Made by a program: the position numbers and the translations under genes | The notes under the pieces: generated by a model | Seen by the model: only the letters and a program-made list of their open reading frames with translations | Told to the model about the DNA's origin: nothing | Database searches by the model: none | NCBI GenBank assembly: GCA_041617155.1 | Contig: JBFJPL010000001.1 | Span: 18,834 to 82,833 of the forward strand | DNA from: Kiloniellales bacterium | GTDB lineage: Bacteria > Pseudomonadota > Alphaproteobacteria > Kiloniellales > JAKSDN01 | Length of the DNA stretch: 64,000 nucleotides | Direction: 5' to 3' | Shown here: positions 58,042-64,000 of the stretch, one piece after another | Layout: each line of letters opens with the position of its first letter | Numbering within the stretch: the stretch's first letter is position 1

Positions 58042-59118
58042 CTAGTGTGGAAACGGCCAGAGTCGCAGTTTCTCCTTGGCGATCTGCCACAGTCGGGCAA
58101 AGCCGTGCGGTTCGACGATCAGGAAGAATATGATCAAGCAGCCCATGAGGATAATCTCGATGTGCTTGGCCGTCACCGCGGCCAGCCCCAGGCCGTCGAC
58201 CATGCTCTGCTTCAAAAGAATTGGCATCAACACCATGAACGCCGCGCCCAGGAATGATCCGAGGATCGAGCCCAGGCCGCCGATAATGATCATGAAGAGC
58301 ACCAGGAACGACTGGTCGATGCCGAAGGTCTCGCCGGACTCCGCGGCGCCGAGCCAGACCGCGAACATCAGGGCGCCGGCCATGCCCACGTAGAAGGACG
58401 AGATGCCGAAGGCGAGCAGCTTGGTGGTGAGCGGCCGGATGCCGATCAACTCGGCCGCGATGTCCATGTCGCGAATCGCCATCCAGGACCGGCCGGCACG
58501 GCCGCGCACCAGGTTCTTGGCGAAATAGGCGAAGACCGCGACGAAGACCAGGGTGAAGATATAGGTCGCCGCCGGCTCGGCTCGCGGTCCGGTGACCAGA
58601 ATGCCGAAGACCTCGCGCGGCGGCGCGGATATCTGTCCGGTGGCGTTGTAGTTGAAGAACCATGGCACCTTGTAGAACAGCCAGATGATGAAGAACTGGG
58701 CGGCCAGGGTCGCGACCGCCAGGTAGAAGCCCTTGATGCGCAGGCTGGGCAGGCCGAAAAGCATGCCGACCGCCGCCGTGATCACGCCCGAAAGCACGAA
58801 GACCACGATGATGCTGAGATCGGGAAAGGCGGTCATCATCTTGTAGGAGGCATAGGCGCCGACCGCCATGAAGGCCCCCGTGCCGAGCGACAGCTGGCCG
58901 CAATAGCCGGTCAGGATGTTGAGGCCGATCGCCGCCAGGGCGTAGATCAGGAACGGCAGGAACACGGCGTTGGCAAAGTAGTCGTTGATCAGGAGCGGCA
59001 CGACAGCCAGCGCCGCCAGCAGGAACGTCACGACGAACCAACGGTCCTGCAGGATCGGGAAGATCGCCTGATCCGCCTGATAGCTGGTCTTGAACTGCCC
59101 GGCTTCGCGATAGAGCAC
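58042..59118 (-). CDS. Branched-chain-type ABC permease (LivM-like)
   Basis: Polytopic, with typical size and position in the operon. Confidence 0.85.
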   Translation of the reverse strand: MLYREAGQFKTSYQADQAIFPILQDRWFVVTFLLAALAVVPLLINDYFANAVFLPFLIYALAAIGLNILTGYCGQLSLGTGAFMAVGAYASYKMMTAFPDLSIIVVFVLSGVITAAVGMLFGLPSLRIKGFYLAVATLAAQFFIIWLFYKVPWFFNYNATGQISAPPREVFGILVTGPRAEPAATYIFTLVFVAVFAYFAKNLVRGRAGRSWMAIRDMDIAAELIGIRPLTTKLLAFGISSFYVGMAGALMFAVWLGAAESGETFGIDQSFLVLFMIIIGGLGSILGSFLGAAFMVLMPILLKQSMVDGLGLAAVTAKHIEIILMGCLIIFFLIVEPHGFARLWQIAKEKLRLWPFPH

Positions 59119-59121
59119 GAT

Positions 59122-60018
59122 TCACACCCTCTCGATGATCTTTTCGCCGAACAGGCCCTGGGGCCGGAACATCAGGAAGGCCAGCGCCAGCATGTAGGCG
59201 AACCAGTTCTCGATCGCGCCACCGACCATGCTGCCCAGATAGACTTCCGCGAGCTTCTCGCCGACGCCGATGATCAGGCCGCCGATGATCGCGCCGGGTA
59301 TCGAGGTGAAGCCGCCCAGAATCAGAACCGGCAGTGCCTTGAGCGCGATCAGCGACAAGGAGAACTGCACGCCGGACTTCGAGCCCCACATGATCCCGGC
59401 GACCAGAGCAACGATGCCCGAGACCGACCAGACGATGATCCAGATGGTGCGCAGCGAGATTCCGATTGACAGCGCGGCCTGGTGGTCGTCGGCCACCGCC
59501 CGCAGCGCGCGGCCGATCCGGGTGCGCTGGAAGAAGACCGCAAGCACCACCACGAGCGCCGTTGCGACCACGGCGGCGACGATCTCCAGCTTTTCGACGT
59601 AGAGCCCGTAGCTGTCGAGCAGCCAGTCGCTGGCGCCCTGCGGCAGGCCGATGTCCAGCACCTTGACGTCCGAGCCCCAGAGGATATCGCCGGCGCCCTC
59701 CAGAACGTAGGCCAGGCCCAAGGTCGACATGAAAAGGATGATGTGCTCCTGGTTCACCAGGTGGCGCAGCACGAAGTACTCGATCGCCCAAGCCAGCGCG
59801 ATCATGACCGCGATCGTGCCGATGATGGCGAGCCAGGCGGGCAGCCCGAATTTTTCCATCAGGCCAACCAGCGTCAGCGCGGCGAAGAGCGCAAGTACGC
59901 CCTGGGCGAAGTTGAACACCCCCGATGCCTTGAAGATCAGCACGAAGCCGATCGCGACCAGGGAATACATGACCCCTGTCGTCAGCCCGCTGATGACTAT
60001 CTCGAGGAAGAACATCAT
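59122..60018 (-). CDS. Branched-chain-type ABC permease (LivH-like)
   Basis: Polytopic: MMFFLEIVISGLTTGVMYSLVAIGFVLIFKASGVFNFAQG. Confidence 0.87.
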   Translation of the reverse strand: MMFFLEIVISGLTTGVMYSLVAIGFVLIFKASGVFNFAQGVLALFAALTLVGLMEKFGLPAWLAIIGTIAVMIALAWAIEYFVLRHLVNQEHIILFMSTLGLAYVLEGAGDILWGSDVKVLDIGLPQGASDWLLDSYGLYVEKLEIVAAVVATALVVVLAVFFQRTRIGRALRAVADDHQAALSIGISLRTIWIIVWSVSGIVALVAGIMWGSKSGVQFSLSLIALKALPVLILGGFTSIPGAIIGGLIIGVGEKLAEVYLGSMVGGAIENWFAYMLALAFLMFRPQGLFGEKIIERV

Positions 60019-60057
60019 CTGCCCGCTATGCCCCTGCCCGCGCCCGGGTGCGCCGCT

Positions 60058-60852
60058 TCAGTCATGGCTGACCCCCAGATAGGCGTCGATCACGTGCTGG
60101 TCGGCGCGCACCTCATCGGGCGCCCCGTCGGCCAGCTTGCGCCCGTAGTCGAGCACGATGACGCGGTCCGAGATGTCCATCACCACGCCCATGTCGTGTT
60201 CGATCAGCGCGATCGTCGTGCCGAATTCGTCGTTCACGTCGAGGATGAAGCGGCACATGTCCTCTTTCTCCTCGACGTTCATGCCGGCCATCGGCTCGTC
60301 CAGCAGCAGAAGCTCCGGCTCCATGGCGAGCGCCCGGCCCAGCTCGACCCGCTTCTGCAGGCCGTAGGGCAGGCGTCCGACCGGCGTCTTGCGGATCGCC
60401 TGGATCTCGAGGAAGTCGATGATCTTCTCGATGAAGGTGCGGTGCTCGGTCTCCTCGCGCTGCGCCGGGCCCCAGTAGAGCGCCTGCCACAGAAAGTTGC
60501 GGCGCATCTTCAACAGGCGCCCGGTCATGATGTTATCGAGCGTCGACATGCCCTTGAAGAGCGCGATGTTCTGAAAGGTGCGCGCGATGCCCTGCTTGGC
60601 CGCGACGTGCGGGCGCATGCGCCGGCGCGCCTCGCCCCGGTAGCTGATGGTGCCTTCCTGCGGGTGGTAGAAGCCGTTGATCACGTTCAGCATCGAGGAC
60701 TTGCCGGCGCCGTTCGGCCCGATGATCGCCAGAATCTCGTGCTGCTTGATCTCGAAGCTGATGTCGGCGAGCGCCTTGACGCCGCCGAACGAGAGGCTGA
60801 TGCCCTCGACCTTGAGCAGGGTATCGCCGATGGTCTTTTGCACTTGGCTCAT
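60058..60852 (-). CDS. Branched-chain-type ABC ATP-binding protein (LivG-like)
   Basis: GPNGAGKSS, LPYGLQKRVELGRAL, LLDEPMAG. Confidence 0.88.
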   Translation of the reverse strand: MSQVQKTIGDTLLKVEGISLSFGGVKALADISFEIKQHEILAIIGPNGAGKSSMLNVINGFYHPQEGTISYRGEARRRMRPHVAAKQGIARTFQNIALFKGMSTLDNIMTGRLLKMRRNFLWQALYWGPAQREETEHRTFIEKIIDFLEIQAIRKTPVGRLPYGLQKRVELGRALAMEPELLLLDEPMAGMNVEEKEDMCRFILDVNDEFGTTIALIEHDMGVVMDISDRVIVLDYGRKLADGAPDEVRADQHVIDAYLGVSHD

Positions 60853-60870
60853 GTTCCCTGTCGGCGCCTC

Positions 60871-62865
60871 TCAGCTTGCCCGCTTGAGCGGTTCGGCCTC
60901 GTAGGTCTCCGCCGCTCCGATCTTCAGGTCGGCGGACAACCTGCCCTTGCGGCCGTCCTCGAAGGTCACTTCGGTGTCGATGTGCACCCGCTCCGCATCG
61001 GAGTAGAGCCCGTCGATCAGGGGCAGGTACTTGTCGGCGACGATGCGCCGGCGGACCTTGCGGGTGCGGGTCAACTCGCCGTCGTCGGCATCGAGTTCCT
61101 TGTGCAGGATCAGGAAGCGCTTGATCTGCGAAGACGCGAGGTGGGGGTCGGTCGAGAGGTCGCGGTTGACCTGCGCGACATGCTCGCGAACGATCTCGTA
61201 GACCTCGGGCAGCGCCGCCAGCTCCTGGTAGCTGCCGTACGGCACGCCGTGCCGCTCGGCCCAGCTGCCGACCGCTTCCAGATCGATGTTGATGAAGGCG
61301 GCGACGTGGTCGCGGCCGTCGCCGAAGGCGACCGCCTCCTTGATTTCAGGAAAGAACTTCAGCTTGTTCTCGATGAACTTCGGCGCGAACAGGCTGCCGT
61401 CGTTCAGCTTGCCGACGTCCTTGGCCCGGTCGATGATCTTGAGCTGGCCGTCGTCGCCGAGGAACCCGGCGTCGCCCGTGTGCACCCAGCCGTCCGCGCT
61501 CTTGGTTTCGGCGGTTGCCTCGGGGCTCTTGTAGTACTCCAGGAATACGCCGGGGCTCTTGAACAGGACTTCGCCGTTGTCGGCGATCTTGATTTCGACC
61601 TCGGGCGCCGGTTTGCCGACGGTGTCCGGCTTGATCTCGCCGTCCGGCTGGATGGTGATGAAGACGCTGGCCTCGGTCGAGCCGTAGAGCTGCTTCAGGT
61701 TGATGCCGAGCGCCCGGTAGAAGTCGAAGATGTCCGGCCCGATCGCCTCGCCGGCGGTATAGGCCAGTCGGATCCGGCTGAAGCCGAGGGTGTTCTTCAA
61801 GGGGCCGTAGACCAAGAGCCCGCCCAGGGCATAGAGGAGCCGGTCGCCCGGCGGCACCGGCCGGCCGGCCAGGATGTCGACGCCGCAGCGCCGGGCCACG
61901 GCCATGAAGGCGTGGAACATCTTGCGCTTGAGCCAGCTGGCGTCCTCCATGCGGATCATCACCGTGGTCAGGATGCTCTCGAAGATCCGCGGCGGGGCGA
62001 AGAAATAGGTCGGGCCCAGCTCACGCAGGTCGTGCATCACCGTGGCGCTCGATTCCGGGCAGCTCACGCAGAAGCCGGCACAGTAGCTCTGGCCGTAGGA
62101 AAAGATGTGGTCGCCGACCCAGGCCATCGGCAGGTAGGCCAGCATCTCCTCGTCGGCGGTCAGGCCTTCGAAGTCGATGCCGTTCTGCGCCGTGCGGATC
62201 ACGTTCTCGAAGCTGAGCACGACGCCCTTGGGCTGGCCCGTCGTGCCCGAGGTGTAGAGGTAGATCGAGACGTCGCCGCCCTTGGCCTTCGCGACCTCGA
62301 CATCGAAGAAGCCCGGGTTGTCCCGATCGAAGGCGCGGCCCCGGCTCTGGACCTCATCGAATTCGGTCAGGAAGTCCTGGCGGTAGTGGCGCATGCCCCG
62401 GGAGTCGTCGAAGATGACCTGCTCCAGCTTCGGGCAGCGATCCTTGATCTCGAGCAGCTTGTCGATCTGCTCCTGATCCTCGGCCATGGCGAATCGGGCC
62501 TCGGCGTGGTCGATCACGAAGGCCATCTCGTCGGCCACCGAATCCTGGTAGATCGGCACCGGAATGCCGCCGACCGCCTGCGCGGCGACCATGGTCCAAT
62601 AGAGCCGCGGCCGGTTGTCGCCGATGATCGCCACCTTGTCGCCGCGCTTGAGGCCGAGCGCCGTCATGCCGCAGGCCAACGCCCTGACCTGGTCGAGCAC
62701 TTCGCGCCAGGTCCAGGACTGCCAGATGCCCAGGTCCTTCTCGCGCATGGCCGGCAGGTCGCCGCGCTTTTCGGCGTTGTGGATCAGCAGCTTTGGAAAG
62801 GTATCGCAGCCGTCTGGCGCCTGCCGCGTCGTTTGGCTCGATTTCGGACCGACAACGTCGTTCAT
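60871..62865 (-). CDS. Long-chain-fatty-acid-CoA-ligase-like AMP-binding enzyme
   Basis: YLYTSGTTGQPKGV AMP-binding motif and TGDAG. ATG at 62865. The track start at 62925 is over-extended. Confidence 0.88.
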   Translation of the reverse strand: MNDVVGPKSSQTTRQAPDGCDTFPKLLIHNAEKRGDLPAMREKDLGIWQSWTWREVLDQVRALACGMTALGLKRGDKVAIIGDNRPRLYWTMVAAQAVGGIPVPIYQDSVADEMAFVIDHAEARFAMAEDQEQIDKLLEIKDRCPKLEQVIFDDSRGMRHYRQDFLTEFDEVQSRGRAFDRDNPGFFDVEVAKAKGGDVSIYLYTSGTTGQPKGVVLSFENVIRTAQNGIDFEGLTADEEMLAYLPMAWVGDHIFSYGQSYCAGFCVSCPESSATVMHDLRELGPTYFFAPPRIFESILTTVMIRMEDASWLKRKMFHAFMAVARRCGVDILAGRPVPPGDRLLYALGGLLVYGPLKNTLGFSRIRLAYTAGEAIGPDIFDFYRALGINLKQLYGSTEASVFITIQPDGEIKPDTVGKPAPEVEIKIADNGEVLFKSPGVFLEYYKSPEATAETKSADGWVHTGDAGFLGDDGQLKIIDRAKDVGKLNDGSLFAPKFIENKLKFFPEIKEAVAFGDGRDHVAAFINIDLEAVGSWAERHGVPYGSYQELAALPEVYEIVREHVAQVNRDLSTDPHLASSQIKRFLILHKELDADDGELTRTRKVRRRIVADKYLPLIDGLYSDAERVHIDTEVTFEDGRKGRLSADLKIGAAETYEAEPLKRAS

Positions 62866-63145
62866 GGCCCGGTCCCCGCCGTCGAGGGCCGGCGATCGGG
62901 CCCGTGAACCGATCGGCCGTGGCAAACGCGATTAAGACCGGGGACGCGGTCCCCGCGCGTGATCGAGGTCACGCCAACCTCCCTGTTTCTACAAACCCCG
63001 GGTTATTTTGGCCCCGGATTGGTCCGGGGCCTCGGGTTGTTCCTGGCGCGGAGTTTAGTGCGCCCTGCCGGCCATGACAATCACGGCAAGCAAGCGGGGT
63101 TTCCGCTCTTTCGGAGCGGGCGTAGAAACGTCGCCAGTTCAGGCC

Positions 63146-63244
63146 TTAGCTGGTCGCGACACCGACCGCGATCAGGATCGCGAAGGCGGCGACGAGGAAA
63201 ATCCAGGTGTTCTTCTTCAGGGTCTGGGCAATACGCTCGGCCAT
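63146..63244 (-). CDS. Putative 32-aa single-TM peptide
   Basis: Manual translation gives MAERIAQTLKKNTWIFLVAAFAILIAVGVATS. GGAGAG lies 7 nt upstream. It sits upstream of, and co-directional with, the CoA-ligase/ABC operon. Confidence 0.4.
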   Translation of the reverse strand: MAERIAQTLKKNTWIFLVAAFAILIAVGVATS

Positions 63245-63542
63245 AATATGTCTCTCCCGTTGTATTGGGTCGCCCGGACCTCATGTCCGGTTTGTTGCGG
63301 TTACTGTTACCGACGCTCGAGATTTTACGGAATAACCTTGACAGTCAATAATTGATTGTTAACCAAAGACTTTTTTGTAAAAGACAGACTCTTCCGAAGT
63401 GTAAATTTGTCAAACCAGTAAAGCCGGTGCGGCGGCTGTTTGGCGCATGGGGGTGCCATCCTGCTATAGCTTCCGGCGGGCCGGGCCGCCTCGGATCGAG
63501 CCCGGCGGTGCCTCGCAGGCGCATCGAGCCTGGGTGGAGGGG

Positions 63543-64000
63543 ATGTCTTTGGCAGCCGGATCGCACGAGACCCTGGACACGACGCTGGTCGCCGACGGCC
63601 GGCGTCTCGCCGTTCGGCGGCTGGTGCCGCGCGCCCAGCCGACCGGCGCCGACGACCCGCCGGTGCTGGTATTCCTGCACGAGGGGCTTGGTTCGATCGC
63701 CCAGTGGCGGGATTTTCCCGCGGCGCTTTGCCGGGCGGTCGGCCTGCCCGGACTGATCTACGATCGCTGGGGCTTCGGCGGCTCCGACCCGCTCGAGCTG
63801 CCGCGGCCGCGTGACTACCTGGAGCGGGAGGCCGAGGTGGCTTTGCCCCAGGTGCTCGAGGCCTGCGGCGTGAAGCGTCCGATTCTGGTCGGCCACAGCG
63901 ACGGCGGCAGCATCGCGCTGCTCTACGCCGCCGCCTTCCCGGCGCGCCCGCTGGCAAGCATCACCGAGGCGGCGCACGTCTTCGTCGAGGCGGTGACGCT
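63543..64000 (+). CDS. Alpha/beta hydrolase (5' part; runs off the window end)
   Basis: Manual translation from the ATG after GGAGGGG gives MSLAAGSHETLDTTLVADGRRLAV...PVLVFLHEGLGS...ILVGHSDGGSIALLYAA with a GHSDGG nucleophile elbow. There is no stop before 64000. Confidence 0.8.
   Translation, partial: MSLAAGSHETLDTTLVADGRRLAVRRLVPRAQPTGADDPPVLVFLHEGLGSIAQWRDFPAALCRAVGLPGLIYDRWGFGGSDPLELPRPRDYLEREAEVALPQVLEACGVKRPILVGHSDGGSIALLYAAAFPARPLASITEAAHVFVEAVT

Noticed and set aside
59482-62907. 1141-aa plus-strand ORF. Similar very long ORFs are 10177-12549 (+), 33972-35849 (+), 35674-37389 (+), 19091-20842 (-), 17601-18944 (-), 57797-59791 (-) and 48605-51031 (-).
   Set aside because: Each lies antisense to, or in an alternative frame of, genes with clear family motifs (LivG/CoA ligase, pcaB/BKACE, ccoP/O/N, ftsH, ATPase, LivM, ccmF). 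Their translations are Arg/Ala/Gly/Pro/His/Asp-biased and have no motifs. Long stop-free shadow frames are expected in GC-rich DNA.

Overview
GC-rich, densely coding chromosomal window with alphaproteobacterial-style gene organisation (pcaDCHG-B, ccoNOQP-ccoGHIS, a complete ccm locus). I found no rRNA, tRNA, CRISPR array, transposase or integrase. Layout: (i) 1-14.8 kb is an aromatic-acid catabolic supercluster: pobA, a TRAP transporter, 3-hydroxybenzoate 6-hydroxylase, gentisate 1,2-dioxygenase, an FAH-family hydrolase, MarR, and pcaD-C-H-G-(BKACE)-pcaB. It ends at a chimeric ORF that joins a dehydroshikimate-dehydratase/HPPD-like C-terminal remnant to RTX repeats. (ii) 15.8-38.3 kb is a low-oxygen island. 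Six near-consensus FNR/FixK anaeroboxes (TTGAY-N4-RTCAA) sit in front of a frameshifted P-type ATPase, an FtsH paralog, a putative six-gene operon (cytochrome c, acidic 98-aa protein, pncB, host-attachment protein, USP, CPA2 antiporter), a divergent hemerythrin pair (one leading a hemerythrin, small protein, EEP phosphoesterase operon), and ccoNOQPGHIS with a divergent membrane protein. An Fnr-type regulator with a Cys-rich N-terminus and an E--SR recognition helix is encoded inside the island. (iii) 38-42.5 kb holds a kinase, an SDR and a strongly AT-rich islet with two short unannotated genes, phased direct repeats and a PilZ protein. (iv) 42.6-46.6 kb is a polar amino-acid/opine-type ABC operon carrying a degenerate FAD oxidoreductase. 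(v) 46.7-54.2 kb is ccmIHGFEDC and ccmBA, split by a 0.5 kb insert encoding a small membrane protein. (vi) 54.6-63 kb is a Liv-type ABC importer flanked by two CoA ligases, followed by a partial alpha/beta hydrolase. Many ORF-track entries are N-terminally over-extended or are long antisense or alternative-frame ORFs typical of stop-poor GC-rich DNA. I re-set starts using SD motifs and ATGA/TGATG coupling. All function calls rest on my own reading of motifs, not on database searches.
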